Origin: Theionarchaea archaeon
GTDB taxonomy: Archaea; Methanobacteriota_B; Thermococci; Methanofastidiosales; SZ-28-30
Direction: 5' to 3'
Length of the DNA: 64,000 nt
Assembly (NCBI GenBank): GCA_018992685.1
Contig: JACVGT010000011.1
Span: forward strand, 64,001-128,000
The position numbers and the translations under genes are program-made. Below, in pieces: positions 37,930-47,503 of this stretch. Position 1 is the first letter of the stretch, and the number at the start of each line of letters is the position of its first letter. The notes beneath the pieces are model-generated. The model saw nothing but the letters and a program-made list of their open reading frames with translations, was not told the origin of the DNA and did no database searches.

Positions 37930-40635
37930 ATGTCTGGAATGCTAGAAAGATTGGACATGAAAGAAATCATCGATATCCTGAAGAGTATGGATGTCATACC
38001 CCAGGAGTCACTGGCCACGGGAGAACACAGAAATCCCTCTTTAGACCTTGATCACGGTTTGAATGAGACACTTGGAGATCTGCACAAGAATATTTTTGGA
38101 ACGTTGGAAAATGCAAAGATTGGCATTTCTGTCATTGGGAGGGACAATCTTGTTCTGTACCAGAACGAAACGGTGAAGAGAGATTTCGGTGACGTCGTGG
38201 GGTGCATCTGTTACAGTGCTTTCGCAGATTCAAGTGAACCGTGCCCCTCATGTCCTGTATATGAGTGCATGGATGAAGGTAGAGTAAGGACTGGCTACAT
38301 GTTGACCAAGAGCCAGAAAAAAATGGAGCTGATTGCAGTTCCCTTCCCTATTGGCGGGCCTGCTGACAGAGCTATTGTCGTTATGATTGACACGGCCTAT
38401 CGATTCAAGGCTGAAGATGCAGCCCAGGAATCAGAGGAGAAATACCGCTGCCTTTTTGAAAGTTCCATAGAAGGAGTATGTGTGGCTAGGGGCTACCAGA
38501 TTGTCTCTGCCAATAGATCAGCTCTTGACATTCTGGGCTATGAGACACTGGAAGAATTGGCTAAAATATCCTTACTGGACCACGTAGCTCCAGAATGCAG
38601 ACACACAATAGAAGATAGAAGAGTAAAGAGAGCACAAGGAAAAGAGCTCTCAACTTCTCTTGATATTCGTGTTCTATGCAAGGATAGAAGAAAAAAACAT
38701 ATTGAAGTATCTACCACAACCCTCATGATCGGAAATGAAACCTATACCATGGCTTCCTTCAGGGACATTACAGAACGCACAAGAATGGAAAGAGCATTGC
38801 GAAAGAGCGAGGAAAAGTACAGGACTCTTGCAGAGAACATTAATGTGGGAGTGTACAGAAATGCAGGGTTCGATGGCAGATTCATTGAAGTGAACCCTGC
38901 CATGCTGAGAATCTTTGGCTATGAAACAAAAGAAGAGTTCATGGAACGAAATATCATAGAATTGTTCCAGTATGTGCCTGACTGCATACGATTAATCTGC
39001 CAAATGGAACAGAATGGATTTGTGAAAGATGAAGAACTGAGATTGAAAAAGAAAGATGGAACCCCCTTTTTTGCATCAATGTCTGCTGTGGCAGTAACAG
39101 ACAGCATGGGCATTTTCAAGCATTTTGATGGGATTGTTGAGGACATAACTGAACGTAAAAGGGCAGAACAGGAACTAAGAGAGTCAGAAGAGAAGTACAG
39201 GAACATCCTGGAGAGCATCGAGGATGGCTATTTTGAAGTTGATCTTGCTGGCAATTTCGTTTTTTTCAATGATTCATTGAGCCACATTCTAGGATATTCT
39301 GGGGCAGAACTGGAGGGTATGAATTACAGAGAACTCCTGGATGAGAAAACAGGAAGAGCAGTTTATGAGGGATTCAACAGAGTTCTCACAGGGAAAACCT
39401 CTGAAAGGGCACTTGATTGGGAGGTAACCAGGGGTGATGGGGAGAAGAGATCCATTGAGGCTTCCATGTCCCTCATACGTGATTCTGAAGGGGACCCTGT
39501 TGGATTTCGAGGCATAGCTCGCGATGTCACTGAACGGAAAGAAGCTGAACGAGAGTTGACCCTTCTATCCACAGCCGTGAAAATGTCAAATGAATGCATT
39601 TTGATTACCGATGCAACAGGGAAGATTGTGGATGCTAACGACGCCACTTTGAAACTGTACGGAGGGCTTCAGAAGGGGGACTTGCTGGACAAGAACGGAC
39701 TGATATTTGTCGCGCCTGAGGATCGTAGAAAAGTACAGGCCGCCTTCAATGAAATGCTGGAGGACGAATTTCAAGGAACACACGAATTCGATGTAATTCT
39801 GAGAAACGAAAACAGAATTACCCTTGAAACAAACATTACCATTCTGAAAGATGATCAAGGAGCCATAAAAGGAGTCATTATTACAGCACGAGATATTACT
39901 GAACGAAAGAAAGCCGAAAGAAACATGAAAAGGAGGCTGATGAAGTATGACCTGGAAGAAGGGAATTTGTATTCTTACCAGGAGGATGCTCCTGAAATCA
40001 CACTTGAAGCCTTCAAGGATCTGCTCAAGGTAGGTTACCATGGGCTGATCATTTCCAGAGACCCCCGTGCCAGATTTGAAAACAGAATTGAGAATGGATT
40101 CGACTACTTGTGGCTTGCAGAGAGGAATCACGAAGCTGTAATGACCCATAACCTTGAAGATATCAAGAAGAGAATTGGCTCATTAAGAACGGCCAGTACT
40201 GTTCTGATAGATAGGGTTGACTATCTCATTTTCAAGAATGGATTTGAGAAAACCTTCTCGCTTGTGTGTGATCTGAGAGAGATGGCATACCTTCACAACC
40301 ACGTCATCATATTTTCTGTTGATCCTTCAACTATGGCTGAGAAGGAATTGAAGCAATTCATGAAGGAGACCATGAAGATTGTATCCATCGAGAAGGAAGA
40401 AATCCCTGAAAATCTCTTCGAGTTCCTAAGGGCGATTCGTAGGGAAAACATTGTTGGAAAAAACCCTTCCTATACTGAGGCAGGAGAAAAGGTCGGTGTC
40501 AGCAAACCAACGGCCAGAAGGAGGATCAGAATCCTCTTGAACAGGGGGTACTTGAGGGAACTGAAAAGAGGCAGAAAGAAAGTTCTTGAACTGACAGAAA
40601 AGGCGAGAGCTACTTTGGGAATTCCAATACCATGA
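37930..40635 (+). CDS. Multi-PAS sensor with DUF835-like domain and C-terminal winged HTH
   Basis: Repeated SEEKYR...RDITERK PAS/PAC units; GYHGLIISR...YLWL...VLIDRVDYLIFKNGFE (DUF835-like); VGVSKPTARRRIRILLNRGYL HTH. Confidence 0.8.
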   Translation: MSGMLERLDMKEIIDILKSMDVIPQESLATGEHRNPSLDLDHGLNETLGDLHKNIFGTLENAKIGISVIGRDNLVLYQNETVKRDFGDVVGCICYSAFADSSEPCPSCPVYECMDEGRVRTGYMLTKSQKKMELIAVPFPIGGPADRAIVVMIDTAYRFKAEDAAQESEEKYRCLFESSIEGVCVARGYQIVSANRSALDILGYETLEELAKISLLDHVAPECRHTIEDRRVKRAQGKELSTSLDIRVLCKDRRKKHIEVSTTTLMIGNETYTMASFRDITERTRMERALRKSEEKYRTLAENINVGVYRNAGFDGRFIEVNPAMLRIFGYETKEEFMERNIIELFQYVPDCIRLICQMEQNGFVKDEELRLKKKDGTPFFASMSAVAVTDSMGIFKHFDGIVEDITERKRAEQELRESEEKYRNILESIEDGYFEVDLAGNFVFFNDSLSHILGYSGAELEGMNYRELLDEKTGRAVYEGFNRVLTGKTSERALDWEVTRGDGEKRSIEASMSLIRDSEGDPVGFRGIARDVTERKEAERELTLLSTAVKMSNECILITDATGKIVDANDATLKLYGGLQKGDLLDKNGLIFVAPEDRRKVQAAFNEMLEDEFQGTHEFDVILRNENRITLETNITILKDDQGAIKGVIITARDITERKKAERNMKRRLMKYDLEEGNLYSYQEDAPEITLEAFKDLLKVGYHGLIISRDPRARFENRIENGFDYLWLAERNHEAVMTHNLEDIKKRIGSLRTASTVLIDRVDYLIFKNGFEKTFSLVCDLREMAYLHNHVIIFSVDPSTMAEKELKQFMKETMKIVSIEKEEIPENLFEFLRAIRRENIVGKNPSYTEAGEKVGVSKPTARRRIRILLNRGYLRELKRGRKKVLELTEKARATLGIPIP

Positions 40636-40701
40636 GTGAGGGATTGGGGTAGGAGAGTTGAAGTTTCTCTCAGGCTCAGAGTCCTTTTCTGGTCAACAAT
40701 G

Positions 40702-40752
40702 GTGAAACCCTCTTTCACTCTTTTTTTCATATACCTATTTATTCAGTGAAAA
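40702..40752 (+). promoter_or_regulatory. Palindrome plus putative promoter of Roadblock-V4R copy 2
   Basis: GTGAAA-N5-TTTCAC-TC-T7-CATATA-N9-TCAGTGAAAA, matching 8676-8726. Confidence 0.55.
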
Positions 40753-40785
40753 CCCGGTCGAATGCAAAGTGCAGGAGGAAAAAAA

Positions 40786-41160
40786 ATGGCAGGGAAATCA
40801 AAAGTGGAGGAGCTGACCACCGTATTAAAGGATCTTGAAAGTACCACTCCCGACATTGAAGCGTTTGCTGTGGTTTCAGTAGATGGGTTGATGATTGCTT
40901 CTGCTCTACCACGAGACGTGGAAGAAGATAGAGTAGCTGCCATGTCAGCTGCCATGCTGTCACTGGGTGAGAGGACAGCCAAAGAACTGGCCAGAGGAGA
41001 CCTATCAGAGGTGTATGTCAAGGGAGAGACTGGATACATCGTGTTGATTGCTGCAGGTGAGAATGCAGTACTGACAGCTCTTGCCAGAAAAGACGCGAAA
41101 CTGGGATTGGTGTTTCTCGACATGAAAAGAGCAGCTGAAGCAGTGGCAGTTTTGGTTTAG
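40786..41160 (+). CDS. Roadblock/LC7 protein, copy 2
   Basis: Same motifs as copy 1; RBS AGGAGG. Confidence 0.92.
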   Translation: MAGKSKVEELTTVLKDLESTTPDIEAFAVVSVDGLMIASALPRDVEEDRVAAMSAAMLSLGERTAKELARGDLSEVYVKGETGYIVLIAAGENAVLTALARKDAKLGLVFLDMKRAAEAVAVLV

Positions 41161-41796
41161 GTGGGCTCAATGACTGAAAAGATGATTGACACCTTCCTCA
41201 TGAGAACCTACTTGGAGACCGTCGAGAACATTGTGGGACCTAATGGTCTCAAATCGGTTCTAAACTTTGCCCACCTTGAGAAGTACATTGACAATTTCCC
41301 TTCAAAAAACGGAGGATTGACAGTTCCTGTTAAGGATACCCAGGAACTGTTTCATGCTCTGAAAGAAGTATTTGGTGAAAAGGGGACCCGCAGTTTCTCA
41401 CTTCGAGTCGGTAGAGGATTTGCCCGCTTAGCAACCGAAGGGCTGTCTGACATGGCAAAAGCCCTGCAGGTGGTGGCTCGCCTCCTCCCTGAAGGTAAGA
41501 AGATGCGTGTGATGTTGGAAAAGATAATAGAACAAAATTACAAAATGTATACCGTCACCCCAGGTACTCCGACCATTACTATTGAGGAAACCGAGGATTC
41601 GTTTCTATTCATTCATAGGGATCGCTTTGAGAGCGAAGGAATGCACTCTGAAAAGCCCGTCTGCAACATCTACGTGGGTATGGTTGAGTATTTCATTGAG
41701 TGGATTACTGGACACCGTCATGAAGTCAAGGAAATCAAATGCAGGGCAATGGGACACCCTACTGATGTGTTCAGAATCTCAAAACAGAAGCAGTAG
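41161..41796 (+). CDS. V4R-domain protein, copy 2
   Basis: GPNGLKSVLNFA; PVCNIYVG...EIKCRAMG. Alternative start at ATG 41170. Confidence 0.8.
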   Translation: MGSMTEKMIDTFLMRTYLETVENIVGPNGLKSVLNFAHLEKYIDNFPSKNGGLTVPVKDTQELFHALKEVFGEKGTRSFSLRVGRGFARLATEGLSDMAKALQVVARLLPEGKKMRVMLEKIIEQNYKMYTVTPGTPTITIEETEDSFLFIHRDRFESEGMHSEKPVCNIYVGMVEYFIEWITGHRHEVKEIKCRAMGHPTDVFRISKQKQ

Positions 41797-41956
41797 TCCA
41801 TGAATGAAATCACTCTTTTTTTCTTTGAAGCAGCAATTGACGGTCCATAATGGAGCGAATCCGTTGTGCATGATCGAGGATATTGGGCAACCTACCGTCA
41901 CTAGATTGCCCAAACCTTTATAAAGTATAACAGTGTTATATTTTCAGGAGATCGTC

Positions 41957-42331
41957 ATGTACTCACAACAGGTTATAGATCATTTTAACAACCCGCGTAA
42001 CCAGGGTCGCATGGAGAATCCAGACGGAGTGGGAAAAGTGGGAAACCCTGTGTGCGGAGATGTCATGTATATCTACATTAAGGTAAAGGATGATGTCATA
42101 CAGGACATTTCTTGGGAAACGATGGGGTGTGCTGCGGCTATTGCAACTTCCTCTATGATCAGTGAACTGGCCAAGGGCAAAACACTGGATGAAGCAGAGA
42201 AGATCACTAGGGGTGACGTGGCAGATGCGTTACAGGGATTGCCTTCAGTGAAGATGCACTGTTCAAACCTGGCGGCTGATGGTCTCCGGAAAGCAATTGA
42301 GGACTACCGGAACAGGAGGGGAATGGCATGA
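41957..42331 (+). CDS. iscU: Fe-S cluster scaffold IscU/NifU
   Basis: DHFNNPRNQG, GNPVCGD, GCAAAIA, KMHCSNLA. Confidence 0.95.
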   Translation: MYSQQVIDHFNNPRNQGRMENPDGVGKVGNPVCGDVMYIYIKVKDDVIQDISWETMGCAAAIATSSMISELAKGKTLDEAEKITRGDVADALQGLPSVKMHCSNLAADGLRKAIEDYRNRRGMA

Positions 42332-43500
42332 GACAGGTTTATCTGGATCATTCTGCAACCAGTGCAGTAGATCCCCGGGTCATTGAAGTCATGATGCCTT
42401 TCTTCGACGTGAGATATGGGAATGCTTCGTCTCTGCACACAATGGGACAGGAAGCCAACAGAGCATTGGAGGATGCCCGAAAAACTGTGGCCCAGAAGCT
42501 GCACTGTACCCCTGAAGAGATAATTTTTACCTCAGGCGGGACAGAATCCAATAATGCAGCATTCAAAGGCGCAGCCTTCACTCGGTTGAGAAAAGGGAAG
42601 AAGGGGCACATTATCACCTCTACCATTGAGCATGATTGTGTGCTGAACACATGCCAGTGGCTGGAGAGTCTGGGGTTTTCTGTCACATATTTGCCGGTGG
42701 ATAACTATGGATTGGTTTCTCCTGAGTCTCTGGAAGATGCCATCACGGGAGACACCATCCTGGTCTCCATCATGCACGCGAACAACGAAATTGGAACCAT
42801 ACAGGATATCAGAGAACTGGCCCACATTGCTCATGAACGCGACGTCTTGTTCCATACTGATGCAGTCCAGAGTGTTACTAAGGTGCCTGTTGATGTACAG
42901 GAGATTGGTGTAGACCTGCTTTCAGTGTCCTCTCACAAGATTCATGGACCCAAGGGTGTGGGTTGCCTCTATGTTAAGAAGGGGACGACTGTTGATCCTC
43001 TACTGCACGGGGGAGGGCATGAAAAAGGGTTCAGATCTGGAACGGAAAATATCCCCGGTATTGTGGGATTTTCAGAGGCTCTTGCCATTGGTGAAGAGGA
43101 AAGACCCAGAGAGATGCCCAGAATTGAAAGATTACGCGATGAGCTGATAGATGGTGTTTCAATCATAGAGAATTCCTGGTTGAATGGACACCCGAAAAGG
43201 AGACTCCCAATCAATGCACACTTCTGCTTTAGATTCATTGAAGGGGAGAGTCTTGTTCTTCGATTGAGCGGGAAGGGTATTTATGCTTCTACAGGCTCAG
43301 CCTGTTCCTCAAAATCGCTGAAGCCCAGTCATGTACTTCTGGCCATTGGGCTCCCGCCTGAAGATGCGCACAGCTCTTTGCGGCTAACTCTGGGGAGAGA
43401 CAACACTGAGGGCGATATTCAGTATACACTGAAAGTATTGCCTGAAGTAGTAACTGATCTGAGAAAAATCAGTCCATTCAAGGCTTCATTTCAAGAGTAA
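42328..43500 (+). CDS. iscS: Cysteine desulfurase
   Basis: YLDHSAT, FTSGGTESNN, SSHKIHGPKG, STGSACSS. Confidence 0.95.
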   Translation: MRQVYLDHSATSAVDPRVIEVMMPFFDVRYGNASSLHTMGQEANRALEDARKTVAQKLHCTPEEIIFTSGGTESNNAAFKGAAFTRLRKGKKGHIITSTIEHDCVLNTCQWLESLGFSVTYLPVDNYGLVSPESLEDAITGDTILVSIMHANNEIGTIQDIRELAHIAHERDVLFHTDAVQSVTKVPVDVQEIGVDLLSVSSHKIHGPKGVGCLYVKKGTTVDPLLHGGGHEKGFRSGTENIPGIVGFSEALAIGEEERPREMPRIERLRDELIDGVSIIENSWLNGHPKRRLPINAHFCFRFIEGESLVLRLSGKGIYASTGSACSSKSLKPSHVLLAIGLPPEDAHSSLRLTLGRDNTEGDIQYTLKVLPEVVTDLRKISPFKASFQE

Positions 43501-43575
43501 CACGATCGTATTTTTGGTGAAAATCACAATTAACAATGAAAATATTACAATCAATTCGGAAAAAAATGATGACAA

Positions 43576-43591
43576 CCGAAAAGTTTATATA
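43576..43591 (+). promoter_or_regulatory. Consensus BRE/TATA promoter with no downstream CDS
   Basis: CCGAAAAGTTTATATA. Confidence 0.7.
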
Positions 43592-43611
43592 GGGGTATAC
43601 CTGTAGTAGAT

Positions 43612-43799
43612 CATAGCACAGCCAACACTGCAAGCAGGAGCCAACATTTCCTCCTTGATCGTTGGTTCTTTCGCCACCCCCGAATTGGCTAACAAGAAGA
43701 GCATTTGAAAACACGATCCAGCCAATCTCTGAAGGGGTGGTGAAAGACCAAGAAGTCGTGGCTCAGAACCTCCGGGCCACGACTCAACTTCCTTTTTTT
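43612..43799 (+). ncRNA. Unassigned structured ncRNA candidate (about 190 nt)
   Basis: Promoter upstream and T7 terminator at 43793-43799; long helix 43662-43680/43734-43751; inner ATTGGCT/AGCCAAT; 11-bp hairpin 43754-43784; no ATG ORF on this strand. Confidence 0.6.
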
Positions 43800-44415
43800 C
43801 TGAACGATTGAATTTTATGTGATTGATCTTTGCGAGAATAATTTTCAATACACATTGTCTTGTCTGACATGAATGGAACTCTGGAGAATTCTATGTTGCT
43901 CAAAATTCCTTTGTCAAAACTCAGACATCTCCCTAAATAGGGAAGGTGAAAGAGATTTATAAACAGAAAAAGAACGTGGGCCGTAACAGAAGGTTTAAAT
44001 GCAAAATGAGAGAAAAAGAAAACTGAATCCCATTTACCTTAACTGAATCTGTGAAATCACCATCTGAAAGTACTGGAACAACATTTCCGCTCCCTCTTCT
44101 GGAATCTTCTTACTTGGATATGGTGAAGCTCAAGAGATTGAAATAACAAGGTCATGACCTAGCGTGTCACCTTGGATACGAGAGCTGGATTGAGTGGATC
44201 GAGGTGCCGGGAAACATTATTGATGTTGATGTCCTAGAGAGAAGGGTCAAATGCCCATATAGCCACATGAAACGTGTTAAAGGACGAAAGTAGATGTAGC
44301 ATCTGGGAGATGGGTTTCTGAGACTGTGGGCCCTGCAAACAGAGATACTGGCGGCTTCATGGACATGGTTTCGGAGAGTGCAGCGGAAGATTTGCGGAAC
44401 TAGAGAAAACTGTGG

Positions 44416-46056
44416 TTAAACCATATAAGCCAGCCATTTGGCTGTTTCGGCGTCTGTAATCAGTGTTCTCACCAATCCTCCTCTAATAGCACCAAGTATT
44501 GCTTCCTTCTTTTCCTTTCCTCCTGCAATAGCGATGAGATTGACGCCAGGTCTTTCTGCAACTTCCTTCAGATCTTCAGCACTAAACGCGAAAAACTGAT
44601 CATAGTACTGTCCCAAGTACTCCCTCTGATCCTCTGATAGACTGTCTTTCATGAGGAACTGGCCGTCTTTGTTATACAGATGGAAGTTGATTTCTCCGAC
44701 AACGTCCATTTCCTTTAGCTTGTCTGGAGTTAGATTAGCCTTATCAAGAACGTAGGCAACGTTTGCACTTGTAGTAGTCGGCTGTCCAATTCCAAGGAGA
44801 AAGATGTCAGATCTCTTGGCCAATTCGAACGTCTTGCTGGCTTCCTTTCGAGCTGCATCAATGACCTTCCCACGGATTTCAGGCTCGAATACAGTAGGAT
44901 CAAGGTTAGGAAGGCGGTGAGCAAGAATGTTATCTCCAGTTATCTTTATCCTCAGCGGATCTGTCAACATATTGGCATCTATAGGTTGGGCAATATCGGA
45001 GAGGAATGCATTTAGTGGAAACACATCGATGTTATGCAATTCGCTTTTGTTCATCTGTGATATCGTATTGTACAAAGTTCTTCCGCAGCTAATCGAAATC
45101 TTGAAACAATTCTTGAGCTGCTGGTCTAAATACCTTGCTGCCTCAAATGCAAGGCTTTCAAAAGATGAGTCATTGGCAATTCTGACCACTTGAAGTCGGT
45201 AATTCGAATATTTCTTGGCAAGATCACTTTCAATTTTCTTCTTTTTTTCTTCAGTGAGAATTTCGACTCCCGAATGGGTCAAAGCAAGACTCGGTCCTCT
45301 CAGCCAACCTATCAGGACTGGATGCTGTTCATCATTGGATATTTTGGGAATTTCATTTGACAAGTAAAGCCAGAGTTCGTCTAGATCAACGGCTTCGTCG
45401 TCTCGAAGATCTGCTTTGCCCGTGAGTCCCTCAATCAAACAATGGCTTAGAATCCCATGGCCAATTCTACTGCTTTCTTTTGCCAGTTCATTGCACTCGC
45501 ATGCGGTAATAATTGCTCTTCCAACTCCAAAGGCATCCCGAAGGAATGATTCTCCAACTGGGTATCTCTCAACTTCCCTATACCCATCTTTTAGGAAAGT
45601 TCGTCCGCCAGCTGCACCACTATAACAGCAATCAAGTGTTACAATCGTCTTTTCTGATCTTATTCTGTCGAGTTGAGCTGCAAAGAACTTGAAATCTATT
45701 GCAGACGCAATGAGATTGTCAACATCTGTGTCACAGGGCGCAAGATACTTTGAAAGGCGATCATCTTGATATCCCTGAACTTCATCATGTTCATGGCAAC
45801 CGTGACCTGAAAAATGGATCAAGACTGTGTCGTTTTCTTGTACGCTACGTTGCATTTCTCTAATTTTTCTCAGTATGTTCCCCCTTGTAGCATTTTCGTC
45901 CACAAGAAGCGTAACATTTTCTGGAGAGATGCGCCAATAGCTCAAGTCATTAAGTACCTCATGGAGCATCTTGGCATCCTCTCTCGCCCAACTAAGAGAA
46001 GGAATTCTCTTATCTTTGTATTGATCTATTCCTATGATTAAAGCATATTCTCCCAT
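44416..46056 (-). CDS. Caspase-family (peptidase C14) protease fused to a SorC/LsrR-type sugar-binding domain
   Basis: YALIIGIDQY, HFSGHG (His), LDCCYSG (Cys), QHP; C-half ISCGRTL, FLLGIG, VGEI, IAIAGGKEKKEAILGAIRGGLVRTLITD. Confidence 0.85.
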   Translation of the reverse strand: MGEYALIIGIDQYKDKRIPSLSWAREDAKMLHEVLNDLSYWRISPENVTLLVDENATRGNILRKIREMQRSVQENDTVLIHFSGHGCHEHDEVQGYQDDRLSKYLAPCDTDVDNLIASAIDFKFFAAQLDRIRSEKTIVTLDCCYSGAAGGRTFLKDGYREVERYPVGESFLRDAFGVGRAIITACECNELAKESSRIGHGILSHCLIEGLTGKADLRDDEAVDLDELWLYLSNEIPKISNDEQHPVLIGWLRGPSLALTHSGVEILTEEKKKKIESDLAKKYSNYRLQVVRIANDSSFESLAFEAARYLDQQLKNCFKISISCGRTLYNTISQMNKSELHNIDVFPLNAFLSDIAQPIDANMLTDPLRIKITGDNILAHRLPNLDPTVFEPEIRGKVIDAARKEASKTFELAKRSDIFLLGIGQPTTTSANVAYVLDKANLTPDKLKEMDVVGEINFHLYNKDGQFLMKDSLSEDQREYLGQYYDQFFAFSAEDLKEVAERPGVNLIAIAGGKEKKEAILGAIRGGLVRTLITDAETAKWLAYMV

Positions 46057-46570
46057 TTCAATGCCTCCTTTGGGACCAATCTGTTCATATTTGCGTTGCT
46101 TTGTGCACTACTCTGAATTCTGGAAACAGATTTTCCCTCATACCCAACAACCTTTTCATCACTTCTCGAGTATCGAGAATTGATTTGGCGCATTCTTTGT
46201 TTTGCTCAAGATTCTACTTCTTCGTGTTTTTAGGCGTCTTTTTTGCCCTGTTCTTATTTGAATGTATTGTCTTATAAGGCTTTCTATGCACTTCCTGCAG
46301 ATTTTTTGAGTGTCTTTTTATCTATTCAATGATCTTAGATCTTACATCGATATGAAAGAATAATCCTCAGGTACCAGAAACAGCTTTAGGATATACAAAG
46401 CAGACTGAACGAATAGAAGACAAATAGAAATGACAAAAGGAAGAATTTTGATCCAGATGGTGCCAAAGAAGAAGAAAACAAACAAGTTCCTTCAGCACGA
46501 GATCTCTTGAAATTTTCGCCCCTGTCTGTTCGTCTGAACTTGCTGGGTTACCTCCCTATCTTTTCAGCTT

Positions 46571-47419
46571 TTACTTCTTGATAACCAGATATATCCCCAC
46601 AATTACCAAAGTGCCCCCGACACCAATGAGTAGTGTGGGAACTTCTTTCAAAAACATCACTGCCAACAGGGTAGCTCCCACAGGCTCTCCCAATATTGCC
46701 ACACTTACTACACCTGCCTTCAAATACTTCAGACAGTAATTGTACAGCGTATGCCCCAACCCCGAAGAGACCACTCCCAGCGCTGCAAATACGACATACT
46801 GCCACACGGAATATCCCGTCAGGGCATGTCCAAATCCCAGTGAAGTGACCAGTAGGAATCCAAAAGAAATGCAGTACACCCCGGACACGTAACTGAATGT
46901 GTCCAGATTCCTTCTCAAATCTCTTCCGATCACCAAATACCCCGCAAGCCCTACAGCGCCCACCAGAGCCAGTAGAATCCCCATCATGTTCTGTGAGACA
47001 GGGTTATTCAGTCCAATCAACACCGCACCTATCATGGAGATGATAATTCCAGCTACTGCTCTTCCGCTCAACGTTTCCTTCAAGAACACATACGATAACC
47101 CAGCCACAAATAAGGGAGAAGAATCCACAATGATGACGCTGGTGGCTACTGTCGTATAGAATAGTGAGGTGATCCAGGTGGCAAAGTGTACGTACAGAAA
47201 GAACCCTGACAGTATCAATGCAACCATATCCCTCTTGCCCAGCCCGAAAAGCTGATGGATCTGACCCCGGCCTACTGCGAGCACAACCATGCACATACTG
47301 GCAATTCCCAGTCTGTACGTAGCAATTACCAGAGGAGGCGCCTCACTCATTCTGATGAGAATAGATGCTGAGGACACAGCACAAATAGCCGTAAGTAGGG
47401 CCAGACGTGGGGACAGCAT
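46571..47419 (-). CDS. DMT/EamA-family transporter
   Basis: SSASILIR, HFATWITSL.YTTVA, GHTLYNY, LGEPVGA. Confidence 0.9.
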   Translation of the reverse strand: MLSPRLALLTAICAVSSASILIRMSEAPPLVIATYRLGIASMCMVVLAVGRGQIHQLFGLGKRDMVALILSGFFLYVHFATWITSLFYTTVATSVIIVDSSPLFVAGLSYVFLKETLSGRAVAGIIISMIGAVLIGLNNPVSQNMMGILLALVGAVGLAGYLVIGRDLRRNLDTFSYVSGVYCISFGFLLVTSLGFGHALTGYSVWQYVVFAALGVVSSGLGHTLYNYCLKYLKAGVVSVAILGEPVGATLLAVMFLKEVPTLLIGVGGTLVIVGIYLVIKK

Positions 47420-47503
47420 TACATACCATCTTAGAATGTCCATAAAAAGGTGTCGCACTCCCCTTTCAGTACGCAACCATCTCCTCAAAAAAGGAAGAAG
47501 AAA

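Noticed and set aside
37467-38018. 183-aa minus-strand ORF
   Set aside because: No recognisable motif, overlaps the promoter and start of the PAS gene; probably spurious.
43585-43848. Minus-strand 87-aa ORF (or a 20-aa MLAPACSVGC peptide after AAGGAGG)
   Set aside because: The RBS is only 2 nt from the ATG, and the promoter, terminator and G-U pairs all favour a plus-strand RNA.
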